DNA from: Myxococcota bacterium
GTDB taxonomy: Bacteria > Myxococcota_A > UBA9160 > SZUA-336
Reading direction: 5' to 3'
Length of the DNA stretch: 64,000 nucleotides
Assembly (NCBI GenBank): GCA_965247115.1
Contig: CBDFGR010000003.1
Coordinates: 704,001 to 768,000, forward strand
A program made the translations under genes and the position numbers. This document shows, one piece after another, positions 45,582 to 55,056 of the stretch. The notes beneath the pieces are model-generated. The model searched no databases. It worked only from the letters and a program-made list of their open reading frames with translations, and was not told the origin of the DNA. The first letter of the stretch is position 1. Each line of letters starts with the position of its first letter.

Positions 45582-46244
45582 ATGGCAACGCGTAAGAAGA
45601 CTACGAAGAAAGCCACGCGGAAGAAAGCTGCCTCGAAGGCGTCGCCTCGCAAGAGGGCCGCGCAATCGGGACCCAAGGCAGGGGCCAAACAAAAGGCGGG
45701 CGGGCGCGTGACGCAGAAGCTCACGCCGGCCGAGGCTCTTGCCCGCAGGATCGTGCGGCTCGCAAACCAGCCAGGAAAACTGGATCTCACCGAGACCTAC
45801 GCGGAGGCCTGCGTCTCGCGCGAGCCACAGGGACCCCCGGTCTCCGGGATCGCCGGGTTGCGCGAGAAGTACGCGGACTGGGGGTCCATCGTCGAGAGTC
45901 AGCGCTGGACCGCGAAAAACACGTTCGTGAAAGGCAACCGGATCTGCATCGAGTGGCACTGCGACATGACGCTGCAGGACGGTCGCGAGCTCGCGCTCGA
46001 AGAGGTCGCGCTGCACGAGGTACGCGGCGGCAAGATCGTCTCCGAGCGCTACTACTACGATCCGAGCGTGCTGGACGCACCGGCGGAGGCGGAGGCTGCT
46101 CCGACCCCAGAGGAAGCTCCGACCCAGGTGCTCCCGGCTGCGAGCCCCGACGAGGCCCCGGAGCTGGCCGCAGAGCTGGCCGCTCCAGCTCCGGAGGAGA
46201 CGATTGTGCCGGGGACTTCGCCCCTGGACCCCCTGGATCTCTAG
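45582..46244 (+). CDS. SnoaL/NTF2-like protein with basic N-terminal and acidic C-terminal low-complexity tails
   Basis: Core YAEACVSREP...EEVALHEVRGGKIVSERYYYD; K/A/R-rich head; P/A/E-rich tail. Confidence 0.8.
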   Translation: MATRKKTTKKATRKKAASKASPRKRAAQSGPKAGAKQKAGGRVTQKLTPAEALARRIVRLANQPGKLDLTETYAEACVSREPQGPPVSGIAGLREKYADWGSIVESQRWTAKNTFVKGNRICIEWHCDMTLQDGRELALEEVALHEVRGGKIVSERYYYDPSVLDAPAEAEAAPTPEEAPTQVLPAASPDEAPELAAELAAPAPEETIVPGTSPLDPLDL

Positions 46245-47245
46245 CCGCGCGGAGCCCCCACCCCGCACGCGTCCTTCACGGCCTCCAGTAGCGGGATGGC
46301 TCGCTCGCGCGCGCGTTGCGCGCCGTCGCGCAGCACGTCTTCGACAGCATCGAGGTCTTGTTCGAGCTCCTCGCGCCGCGCGCGCGCAGGACCGAAGTAT
46401 TCGAGCAGCCGCGCCACGATGTCCTGCTTGAGATCTCCGTAGCCCACGCCGCCCTTGCGGAAGCGAGCTGCCATCTCGAGCTTCTCCTGCTCGCTCGCGA
46501 ACAGACACCATATTGCGTAGGCGTGCGAGGTATCCGGGTCCTTCGAGCACTCGACCGGAGTGGAGTCGCTCACGATCCGCATGACCTGCTTCTTCAGCAT
46601 CTTCTCGGCCGCGAACATCTCGATACCGTTTTTGTAGGACTTGCTCATCTTGCGTCCGTCCGTGCCCGGGACGATCGCGACCTCCTTTTGGATGTACGCC
46701 TCTGGAAGGTGCAGGACCTCGCGGTGGGTCTGGTTGAACTTGGCGGCGATGTCGCGCGTAACCTCGATGTGCTGCTTCTGGTCCTGGCCTACGGGAACAA
46801 GATCCGCCGAATGAATCAGAATGTCGGCCGCCATGAGAACGGGGTACGCGAAGAGACCCAGGTCCGGCTTGTCCCCCGCCGCGACCGCGTCCTTGTAGGC
46901 GTGGCACCGAGCGAGCAGCCCCATCGGCGTGACGGTGCCGAGGATCCAGCCGAGCTCGGTGACTTCGGGTAGGTCGCTCTGCCGGTAGAGGATCGAGCGC
47001 TCCGGGTCCAGCCCGAGTGCGAGATAGTCGAGCGCCACCCCCCAGCTGAGGGCCCGCAGCCGCTCCGCGTCGCGAATCGAGTTGAGGGTGTGCAGGTCGG
47101 CAATGAAGTAGGCGGCTTCGTTCGCGTCCTGCAGAGCGATGTACTGGCGGATGGCTCCGAAGTAGTTCCCGATGTGAAGCACGCCGGTCGGCTGTGATCC
47201 CGACAGCACGCGCTTGCCTGTCGGCGCCTCCGCTGCCTCCGTCAT
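46241..47245 (-). CDS. trpS: Tryptophan--tRNA ligase
   Basis: SGSQPTG.LHIGNY, YPVLMAADIL, VPVGQDQ, KMSKS. Confidence 0.97.
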   Translation of the reverse strand: MTEAAEAPTGKRVLSGSQPTGVLHIGNYFGAIRQYIALQDANEAAYFIADLHTLNSIRDAERLRALSWGVALDYLALGLDPERSILYRQSDLPEVTELGWILGTVTPMGLLARCHAYKDAVAAGDKPDLGLFAYPVLMAADILIHSADLVPVGQDQKQHIEVTRDIAAKFNQTHREVLHLPEAYIQKEVAIVPGTDGRKMSKSYKNGIEMFAAEKMLKKQVMRIVSDSTPVECSKDPDTSHAYAIWCLFASEQEKLEMAARFRKGGVGYGDLKQDIVARLLEYFGPARARREELEQDLDAVEDVLRDGAQRARERAIPLLEAVKDACGVGAPRG

Positions 47246-47254
47246 CCTCTCATC

Positions 47255-48175
47255 TCAGATTTTCTGCAGCCACTTTGGAGAGAAGCGCAGATCCTCGCCC
47301 GCGAGCATGCGCTCGAATCGTCCCATCAACTGCTTGCTGACCGGCCCCGGCACGGGCGTCGGAAGAGACGTCTCGTCGATCCGTTCGATCGGCCAGATGT
47401 TCGTCGTGGTTCCGGTCAGAAACGCCTCATCGGCGGCCTCGATCAGCCGTCGGGGCAATGTCTCCACCTTGACGTCGAAGCCCTCGTCCCTCGCGAGATC
47501 GATCACGGCCCGCCGCGTGATTCCGGCAAGCACAACGTCGAGCGGAGCGGTTCGCAGTACGTTCTCGCAAACGACAAAGAAGCTCTGCGTCGACGACTCT
47601 GCCAGGTCACCGCTCTCGTCCAGCAACAAGACGTCGTGAAACCCGTCCGTGCGCGCCTGCCTCTTTGCAACGGCGGCCGCGGTGTACCCGGCCGCGATCT
47701 TCACCTGTGGCGACAGGACCGAAGAGGGCATCTTCCGAGTCCGGGCGACCTGCAGGCGCGCCGTGGGCGACCTCCCCAGCTTCGAGTCCGGATCGACGTC
47801 GGCAAACGAGAGAGCCGCGATGGCGACACTCGCGCGAGTGTCCAGCGGCAGCACATCGAGCGCGACCCCGCGGTGGTATGCGCTCAGCTTGACGACCTCG
47901 CAGCCAGGGTTCGCATGCACAACCGCGCCGATCCCTTCGAGGAGACCGTCCAGATCGATGCTGAGATCCATCTGGTTGAGACGCGCGGAGTTCAGAAAGC
48001 GCTCGGCGTGTTCGCTCAGACCGAAGATCGCGATGCCTGCGTCGGTCTCGTAAACGGGCATCACGTCGAACACCAGGCTTCCCCGCTGAATCGACTGGGA
48101 GAGTACGTGGACGGTCGCCTCGACCCAGGGGACGAGCTCGCCGTCGAGCCAGATCTTGCGGGCTTCGAGCGCCAT
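47255..48175 (-). CDS. Fold-IV PLP enzyme (branched-chain aminotransferase-like)
   Basis: IWLDGELVPW..ATVHV, HAERF..SA, VKIAAGY, LAGITR, ADEAFLTGT. Confidence 0.85.
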   Translation of the reverse strand: MALEARKIWLDGELVPWVEATVHVLSQSIQRGSLVFDVMPVYETDAGIAIFGLSEHAERFLNSARLNQMDLSIDLDGLLEGIGAVVHANPGCEVVKLSAYHRGVALDVLPLDTRASVAIAALSFADVDPDSKLGRSPTARLQVARTRKMPSSVLSPQVKIAAGYTAAAVAKRQARTDGFHDVLLLDESGDLAESSTQSFFVVCENVLRTAPLDVVLAGITRRAVIDLARDEGFDVKVETLPRRLIEAADEAFLTGTTTNIWPIERIDETSLPTPVPGPVSKQLMGRFERMLAGEDLRFSPKWLQKI

Positions 48176-48305
48176 GGTCGGCCGAGTGTAACGTCTCTTG
48201 CGGGGGAGTTCCTGCTCAGGAATGCCAGCGAGCTTGCGGAACAGAACGCGTTCTCCGAGCTTCCAAACCCCGGGTTGTGTAGGCTATCCTCCACTGGCGA
48301 GGGGG

Positions 48306-49247
48306 GTGGACACGTTGAAGCAGCCCTACGTGCTCGTGAACGCGCTCGCAGCCCGGGTGGCGCGCGATCTCGAGCTGCTGAACAGCGTGAGACGCCTGGT
48401 TCCGAGTGACAGGCTGGGCGTCACGCACAGTCCCCACGAAGTCGATGCGGCCGTGCGGGACGCGGCAGCGGCTGGCGTCGACACTCTCGTCATCGTCGGA
48501 GGAGACGGCAGCATCACCGCCACCCTGACCCCCTTGCTGCGCAGCTGGCGCGAAGGGGAGCTCCCGAGCCTCGTGCTGGCGGGTGGCGGGCGCCGGAACG
48601 CGATCGCGCGGGCACTCGGGACTCGCGGGACACCCGATGAGGTCCTGGCACGACTCATTGCAGAAGAGCAGCCGCCAGAGACCGTCTTCCGACGCGTCCT
48701 GCGTATCCAGCCGGCGGCGCTCGGAACACGCTACGGACTGACCTTGTGCGTGGGCCTGCCGGCGCGCTGGCTCGCGGAGTCCACACGCACGTCCGGACGG
48801 GGTCTCGCAGGAGGCCTGTTCGTGACCACGCGCGCCCTCTCCTCCGCACTCCTCGGCGGCCAGCTGGCACGAGAGCTCGCCGCTCCGATCGAAGCGGAGC
48901 TCCGCGTCGACGGCGAGCCAAGCGTGACGGAGTCCATCGCCGGGCTCGTGGCCGGAACCATCGAAGAGCTCGGCTTGCCCGCGAGCCCGCTCTCGTCGAC
49001 GCCGCCAGACTCCGACCGCTTCTCGTTCGCCCTCAGCAGGGCGGGGACCGCGCGTGCGGGACTCGCGTCGGCCCTGCTCGGCCTCGGTCTTCCCCCGATC
49101 TCTGACACGATCGAGAGACAGCAGGTACGATCGCTCGAGCTTCGCTTCGCCGATCGCGCCGCATACGCCGTCGACACGGACGCCTTCCCCGCAACGGGGC
49201 TGCTCAGCGTGGAACTCGGACCAGCGCTCCGCTTCCTCTGTCCTTGA
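48306..49247 (+). CDS. Diacylglycerol/lipid kinase family protein
   Basis: VLVNA, VGGDGS, NAIARALG. Start uncertain (48306 or 48315). Confidence 0.7.
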   Translation: MDTLKQPYVLVNALAARVARDLELLNSVRRLVPSDRLGVTHSPHEVDAAVRDAAAAGVDTLVIVGGDGSITATLTPLLRSWREGELPSLVLAGGGRRNAIARALGTRGTPDEVLARLIAEEQPPETVFRRVLRIQPAALGTRYGLTLCVGLPARWLAESTRTSGRGLAGGLFVTTRALSSALLGGQLARELAAPIEAELRVDGEPSVTESIAGLVAGTIEELGLPASPLSSTPPDSDRFSFALSRAGTARAGLASALLGLGLPPISDTIERQQVRSLELRFADRAAYAVDTDAFPATGLLSVELGPALRFLCP

Positions 49248-50179
49248 CGGGGCCGCACCGCATCGGAGTGCTGGTCAACATGCGTGCGCGCGCGCCCCGC
49301 CGCGATCCACAGCTGGTCGAACGTCTGCGTGCGATGCTCGGACACGAGAGCGTGAGGGCGACGCACAAGCTCGAGGAGATGGGCGACGCGCTACGCGACT
49401 TCCAAGAGCGCTGTGTGGAGACGCTGGTCCTCGTCGGCGGTGACGGCACGGTCGGCGTCACCCTGACTCGTGCGGTCGAGCTGTGGGCGTCCGATCTGCT
49501 TCCCCGAGTCGCACTCGCTGGCGGCGGCACGGTCTCCACACTTGCAAAGTCCTTCCGAGCACGAGGCGATCCCGATCGCACCATCCGGCGCCTGCTCGAG
49601 CGAAACCCCACGGAGCGCTGCCGTCCGCTGGTCGGGGTCCAGGCGCAGGGTCGTGCCCTCCGCTACGGAATGATCTTCGCAATGGGTGGGGCGACCCGCT
49701 TCCTCGAGCGCTACTACAACGAGGGCGGCCGCGGGGCTGCCGCTGCGGCCGCAGCCGTGCTCCAGGTGCTGGGCTCTTCCGCGCTTGGCGGTCCGCTCTC
49801 GAGACAGATCTTCGAGGCGATCCGCACGCACGTCGAGGTCGACGGCAAGGCCTTGGATCTGAACACGGTGACCCTCCTCGGAGCCTCCACCGTGCGCGAC
49901 GTTGGTCTCGGCTTCCGACCCTTTGCGAGCGCTGGGTCGGACCCGTCGCGCATCCACTTTCTGGCTGGCAACGTGTCAGGGACGCGTCTCGCCGCGGAGC
50001 TTCCAGCCCTCCGCCTGGGGCGATCCGCCCGAACGTCCTGCTTCACCCACGCGAGCGCAGCAAGAGTGGCTCTTCACTTCGAAGCCCCCCAACCATGGAG
50101 CTTGGACGCAGAGCTCTACCCGCCGGCCTCCGAGCTGGAGATCTTTGCGGGTCCGACCGTGCGCTTCCTCGAGCCGTAA
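49244..50179 (+). CDS. Diacylglycerol/lipid kinase family protein
   Basis: VLVN, VGGDGT, GGGTVSTLAKS, SLDAELY; overlaps the stop of the previous gene. Confidence 0.75.
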   Translation: MTGPHRIGVLVNMRARAPRRDPQLVERLRAMLGHESVRATHKLEEMGDALRDFQERCVETLVLVGGDGTVGVTLTRAVELWASDLLPRVALAGGGTVSTLAKSFRARGDPDRTIRRLLERNPTERCRPLVGVQAQGRALRYGMIFAMGGATRFLERYYNEGGRGAAAAAAAVLQVLGSSALGGPLSRQIFEAIRTHVEVDGKALDLNTVTLLGASTVRDVGLGFRPFASAGSDPSRIHFLAGNVSGTRLAAELPALRLGRSARTSCFTHASAARVALHFEAPQPWSLDAELYPPASELEIFAGPTVRFLEP

Positions 50180-50218
50180 CCGTCAGATGAGACCCTCTTC
50201 TCGCTAGCGGCAAGCAGC

Positions 50219-51397
50219 GTGTCGATTTCGACGATTGCCCGTCCATTCTTCCTGACGGCGCCGCTGGCTCTTCTTGGCGCTGGGCTGCTCCTCACCATCG
50301 AGGGAGATGTTGCGTTCCGGTCCAGCTGGGACCCCGTGACGCTCGCACTCGCGCACCTGGGAACGCTCGGATTCCTGGCACTCGTCATGCTCGGCCTCGC
50401 CTACCAGGTGATCGCCTCGCTCACGAAATCCCCACCTTCCTCACGCCTTGCTTACGCGGTGAACGCACTGCTGGTGCTGGGCATCATCTCGCTCGTCTGG
50501 AGCCTGCGCGCGAACGCAACCTGGTCAGTGCTCACATCCCTCTCCGCTCTGGGGCTCGGGCTGATCGGCTTCATCGTGCCAGGCGCCCTGTCGCTACGTC
50601 CGCGCTGGCGAGAGACCCTGCCAGCGGCCCTGCTTCTCGCTCTGGTGAGCTTGCTCGTTACGGCCTTCCTGGGTCTGTGGATGCTGCACGGGCACGGGGG
50701 GATGAGCTTTCCCGGACCGCGTGGGCTCTGGGTTCAGGTCCACCTGTGCGTCGGTCTCCTGGGCTGGGTCGGGTGCCTGCAGACCGCGCTCTGCTGGCAC
50801 CTGCTGCTCGTCACACGTCCGCGCGCGGGCACGGAAGAGCGCGCTGCACGCGTCGGCCTGGCGCTGGTCGGCGTCGGTGTCCTGCTGGCCATCCTTGTCC
50901 TCGTCCTCGATTGGCTCGACGTCTTGCGCGCAGCAGGTATCTCCGGGCGCGGGCTTGCCTTCGTGGCCGTCCTTCCTGCTGCGGCGGCCGTCTGGACGCT
51001 GCAACCGCTGCAGAACCTGCGTCGTCTCTCCGGGGGCGGTCCACCGGATCTCAAGGGCGCCACCCTGTTTCTGAAAACGGGCTTCGCCCTTTCCCCCCTG
51101 ACCGGCCTCGCTGCGCTCACTGCGGCACTCGCCGACGAGGGACCCTGGGGTCTCCTACTCGGATGGTTGGGGATCTGGGGCTGGGCGGGCCTGCTCGCGC
51201 ACGGGCTGCTGCTGCACGCATCCGCGCGTCCGGGTTCTACTCCGACAGGCGTTCCGTTGAGCTTTGGTCTCCACCTCGCCTCGCTGATCGCGGGAGCCAC
51301 GGCGATCGCCACCGGGATCCCGTGGCTCGTTCGCGGTACCGGACTGCTCCTCGTCGCGACCGCATTCAATCTGGGGCGCCGCCAGCTTCGTCTCTGA
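50219..51397 (+). CDS. Polytopic membrane protein with intramembrane His residues
   Basis: About 11-12 hydrophobic segments; PFFLTAP, AHLGTLGF, VHLCVGLLGW. Confidence 0.6.
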   Translation: MSISTIARPFFLTAPLALLGAGLLLTIEGDVAFRSSWDPVTLALAHLGTLGFLALVMLGLAYQVIASLTKSPPSSRLAYAVNALLVLGIISLVWSLRANATWSVLTSLSALGLGLIGFIVPGALSLRPRWRETLPAALLLALVSLLVTAFLGLWMLHGHGGMSFPGPRGLWVQVHLCVGLLGWVGCLQTALCWHLLLVTRPRAGTEERAARVGLALVGVGVLLAILVLVLDWLDVLRAAGISGRGLAFVAVLPAAAAVWTLQPLQNLRRLSGGGPPDLKGATLFLKTGFALSPLTGLAALTAALADEGPWGLLLGWLGIWGWAGLLAHGLLLHASARPGSTPTGVPLSFGLHLASLIAGATAIATGIPWLVRGTGLLLVATAFNLGRRQLRL

Positions 51398-51449
51398 CGC
51401 CGGTCCTACCGAGGGGAGCACTTCGACTACACGCCCTGAGGCGGATGGG

Positions 51450-53039
51450 TCAGTAGTCGATCTGAAAGCGCATCTGGAACAGGTTCGAGGTCACGCTGTT
51501 CCTCAGGTGCGCGCGCACAAAGTTCGCCATGAGGCGGACGCGCGGGGACACGTACCAGTTCAGTCCCAGAGTGACGTCGTTCAGGTTTCCACCGCGGATG
51601 TTCCCGTCGTCCAGATCGAGGTACGAGAGGCGCGCCGCGACCTCCCAGGCCCCCCAGGTTCGGCTCTTCCAGCTGAAGCGCGTCCGGAGGCGCACTCGGC
51701 CGAACGTCGCTCTGCTTCGGGCGTAGGGTCGCTGCTCTCCGGTCAGGAAGTAGCTGATCTGCAGGTAGGCTCCGGAGAACGTCGCCGCACCTCCCCTACC
51801 GGCGAGCCGGCTACGAGATCCGACGAATTCGGACTGGAATGAGAGCGGACCTCGTTTGCCCGCGAGCTCCAGCGCCAGGAGGTCGACCCCATCCACAGGG
51901 AACTTCCCAGTGTCGACGAAACGATCCCCCAGGCTGGTCTCCGGGCGGCTCCGGTACCGCAGGCTGAAGGCATCGCGAAACTGGTGGCTGTACGAGGCTC
52001 CCACATGGAGGAGAACACGGTCATTGTCAGCGGCAAACGGAAGGGCCGTCACGCGCGCGGAGAGATTGAGTCGATCGCTGCCCGCGCCGTCTCCCGAGTA
52101 GCGGAAGGCACCGAAGCGCCAGGTAACGGCCTCGTCTTGCGTCTCGTTCCTCAGCATGATCCCGAGGTTGTAGGACGGGACAAGCGCCTGGGGCAGTGCC
52201 CTCTCCATGAAGGTAGTCACCAGACTGCCCGTGCCGTCCCCGATAGTGAAGGGCTCCTTGAAGATGCCCACAAACACACCGCGCAACGAACCGGGAGCCG
52301 TGTAGGCAACATAGGTCTGCCGGAAGTAACGGTTTCGTCCCTCGCCCCGGTCGGACTCACCCTCCATGTCGATCTGCACCCTGTAGAGGATCCGACCTCC
52401 GTAGGTCCCGGTGAGCTCGGTCCAGCCCCTGCGCAGCTCGTTGAAGAAACCGGTCTTGAACTGTTGGGCGAGCTCGCTGCCGCCATGGATCCAGGCCGTG
52501 TCGTACATCACCCGGCCGCCGAGCTTGATTCGATAGAGAAGATCGTTTCTCTGGATTCGGATGCCGCGATCAAAGGTCACGGTGCGCGCGGTCGGGTCGA
52601 CGGCTTCTGCCGGGGCGGGCGCCCCCTCCCGCTCGCGATCAGGCTCGGGGTCCGTCGGAGCTACCGGCCTCGCAGCCGAGGGCGCTTTGGGAGGCTCAGC
52701 GGGCTCGGCCCTCCGGACGGGCTCAGGTGACCCAACAGGCTCGTCCTCCTTCATGGATGGCGGCGGAGGCTCCTCCACCTCGACGGCCTCCTCCGTGACA
52801 TCGCGGAACGTCTCCTCGCTGTGTACCTCGGTAGGCTCGGTCGGGGCGACCTCGCCGGGTGCTGGCTCGGCTTCCAGCTTCGGCGCTGGCTCAGCCGGCG
52901 CGAGCTCGGAGTGCTGGGCTTCTGTCTCGGGCGGAGCGGTGGGGTCCTGAGCCGCACCGTTGCTCGCGAGGAGCACCACCGCAGAGCTCAGGACCACGAG
53001 CCGGAGGAACCATGCGCTCCCCTGCTCCCGACGCCTCAC
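51450..53039 (-). CDS. OprO/OprP-family phosphate-selective porin with long P/E/A-rich N-terminal linker
   Basis: Signal peptide, GGRVMYD, FKEPF, FMER, RSRPE, SYFLTGE, GAWEVAAR, TLGLNWY, RFQIDY. Confidence 0.85.
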   Translation of the reverse strand: MRRREQGSAWFLRLVVLSSAVVLLASNGAAQDPTAPPETEAQHSELAPAEPAPKLEAEPAPGEVAPTEPTEVHSEETFRDVTEEAVEVEEPPPPSMKEDEPVGSPEPVRRAEPAEPPKAPSAARPVAPTDPEPDREREGAPAPAEAVDPTARTVTFDRGIRIQRNDLLYRIKLGGRVMYDTAWIHGGSELAQQFKTGFFNELRRGWTELTGTYGGRILYRVQIDMEGESDRGEGRNRYFRQTYVAYTAPGSLRGVFVGIFKEPFTIGDGTGSLVTTFMERALPQALVPSYNLGIMLRNETQDEAVTWRFGAFRYSGDGAGSDRLNLSARVTALPFAADNDRVLLHVGASYSHQFRDAFSLRYRSRPETSLGDRFVDTGKFPVDGVDLLALELAGKRGPLSFQSEFVGSRSRLAGRGGAATFSGAYLQISYFLTGEQRPYARSRATFGRVRLRTRFSWKSRTWGAWEVAARLSYLDLDDGNIRGGNLNDVTLGLNWYVSPRVRLMANFVRAHLRNSVTSNLFQMRFQIDY

Positions 53040-53164
53040 GCGCGCTGACCTCCGGAGCCAATCATGTCAGTACTCTGGTCAGTTCGCCAACCTCACGAGC
53101 AGAGAGAGCGATGGGCCCGCTACAATGACGTGGGCGTGTACGGCAAAGATGAGGAGAAGATTCG

Positions 53165-53788
53165 ATGGCCAGTGCAGATCGTCACACAATCCACACGACA
53201 GAAGAGCTTCACGAGCTTGTCGGCGAGCCGGACGAACTCACTCGTCTCAAGGTCTTCAACGAGCTCGAGGATACGGCGCGAAACTTCATCGGGCGATCAC
53301 CGTTCCTCTTGCTCTCGACCTCCGACTCCGTCGGAAACCAGGACGTCTCTCCGAAGGGAGACCCGCCGGGCTTCGTCGAGATCGAGAACGACAGGACGCT
53401 CTTGATCCCGGATCGACCCGGGAACAAGCTCCTGTTCGGGCTCGCGAACATCCTGTCGAACTCCCACGTCGGAATCCTGTTCATGATACCTGGCACCGGC
53501 GAGACTCTGAGGGTGAACGGGCGAGCGGAGATCACACGCGATCCCGAGCTAATGCAGCGACTGCTGGCCCGAGGCAAGCCGGCCCGACTCGCCATCCGCG
53601 TCTTCATCGACGAGTGGTTCTTCCACTGCCCAAAGGCCTTCATGCGTTCCAAGCTCTGGGAGGCTTCCAGCTGGCCGGAGCGCCAGCGCATCTCGTTCGG
53701 GAAGCTGTTCGCGAAGAAGCTCGACAAGGGCAAGGACTTCGCGGACCGAATCGACGCCGGCCTGGAGGAGCGGCGACAGGAGCTGTGA
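53165..53788 (+). CDS. Pyridoxamine 5'-phosphate oxidase-related FMN-binding protein (MSMEG_1061-like)
   Basis: DVSPKGDPPGFV, PDRPGN, ETLRVNG, FHCPKAFMRS. Confidence 0.9.
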   Translation: MASADRHTIHTTEELHELVGEPDELTRLKVFNELEDTARNFIGRSPFLLLSTSDSVGNQDVSPKGDPPGFVEIENDRTLLIPDRPGNKLLFGLANILSNSHVGILFMIPGTGETLRVNGRAEITRDPELMQRLLARGKPARLAIRVFIDEWFFHCPKAFMRSKLWEASSWPERQRISFGKLFAKKLDKGKDFADRIDAGLEERRQEL

Positions 53789-55012
53789 CCCCACCGCCTC
53801 TGACTCAGGTCGGTTCTCATGTCCCGATGCAACGATCGGTGGGAGCGGCGGGACGGGACTTCGGCGGCCCCTCGTATCCAGGACGCTGAAACGTCCATCG
53901 ACGATCTCCAGGGCCTGCTCGACGCCGCCGGGATAGAACGGGGCGTTGAGCATCCCGCTGTCGATCAGGAACACACTGCCGCCGGTCCGGCTGCGGATCC
54001 CTCCGGAGAGCTGCGGTGTGTGTCCAATCACAAAGTGACTGGCACCGTAGGACGCGAGCAGCGCGGGAATCTGCTTCTCCGCTTCTACGTCGGGCCATAG
54101 GGCCAGGCCCCGGAACCAGAGCGGTCCGTTGGGATGTGACACGAGCCAGCTCGCGTACGCCGCCAACAGGTCGAGGTGCCTGCGATCCTGCGCGCTGATC
54201 CTGACGTCGGAGTTGAGCTCGGCGCGCGCCGCGGCCAGGATCTGATCCAGGTTGGCGGATGGCAGGATCATGCGACGACGCACGAGGTAGTCGCGGGCAG
54301 CGTCGAATACCTGAAGCTCTCTCTTGATCTGATCGTTGAGCTGCTTCAAGCCACGAACAGGCAAGTCTGGGGAGATTCCGCCGTGCAGGAAAACCACGCT
54401 GCCGAGCTGGACGACCGCCTGACGCCTCCGCAGCCAGGCGCCAATCGCTCCGCTGGGTGCAAAGGCGTTGGCGTGCTCCAGGTAGCCCTTCGGGTGTTCC
54501 TCGTCGAAGCGCTGGCGAGACACGACCGAGGCCGTCTCGCCCTGCCAGCCGAGCTTCGCCTGTTCGGCATAGGCCGCATCCACGCGTTCCTGCCAGTCGT
54601 CGTCCGCGAAACTCGCGAACGATTCGCGCGATACGTAGCGAAGATCTCCGTGCAGGTTCATCACCTCGTGGTTCCCCAGGAGGGAAATCACACGGCCGCC
54701 GCTGCGATCGGCCTCCTGCTCGAGTCGCATGATCAGCTCGAGGACCATGCGATCGTCGGAACCGCGATCGATCAGGTCACCCACCTGCACCAGCGTGGCC
54801 GTACCTCCAATCCAGTGCCCGGAGGCGTCTGAAATGCCGGCGCCCTCGAGCACCCTGAGCAGGGCGTCGTAGCCACCGTGGACGTCTCCGATCGCGACCA
54901 CGCGCGATGACTCCAGCGGCGTTGCGGCACATGCACCAACCGAGAGCGTCACCCCGAGCAAGGAGAGTGTCAGCATGAGTCGACGCGCTGAGCACGCGAG
55001 AGGTTTGTTCAA
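53549..55012 (-). CDS. Exported calcineurin-like metallophosphoesterase (Shewanella-like phosphatase type)
   Basis: GDVHG, GDLIDRG, LGNHE, HGG, GPLWFRG, IGHT, IDSG; lipobox-like VGAC. Start 55012 (TTG) or 54976. The 3' end overlaps the convergent gene by 240 bp. Confidence 0.85.
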   Translation of the reverse strand: MNKPLACSARRLMLTLSLLGVTLSVGACAATPLESSRVVAIGDVHGGYDALLRVLEGAGISDASGHWIGGTATLVQVGDLIDRGSDDRMVLELIMRLEQEADRSGGRVISLLGNHEVMNLHGDLRYVSRESFASFADDDWQERVDAAYAEQAKLGWQGETASVVSRQRFDEEHPKGYLEHANAFAPSGAIGAWLRRRQAVVQLGSVVFLHGGISPDLPVRGLKQLNDQIKRELQVFDAARDYLVRRRMILPSANLDQILAAARAELNSDVRISAQDRRHLDLLAAYASWLVSHPNGPLWFRGLALWPDVEAEKQIPALLASYGASHFVIGHTPQLSGGIRSRTGGSVFLIDSGMLNAPFYPGGVEQALEIVDGRFSVLDTRGRRSPVPPLPPIVASGHENRPESEAVGSQLLSPLLQAGVDSVREVLALVELLREQLPERDALALRPAGSLPELGTHEGLWAVEEPLVDEDADGESGRLASGQQSLH

Positions 55013-55056
55013 TCTGAGCCTCTTTCTCGGATCCGTCGCGATGTAGAATCGCACAA

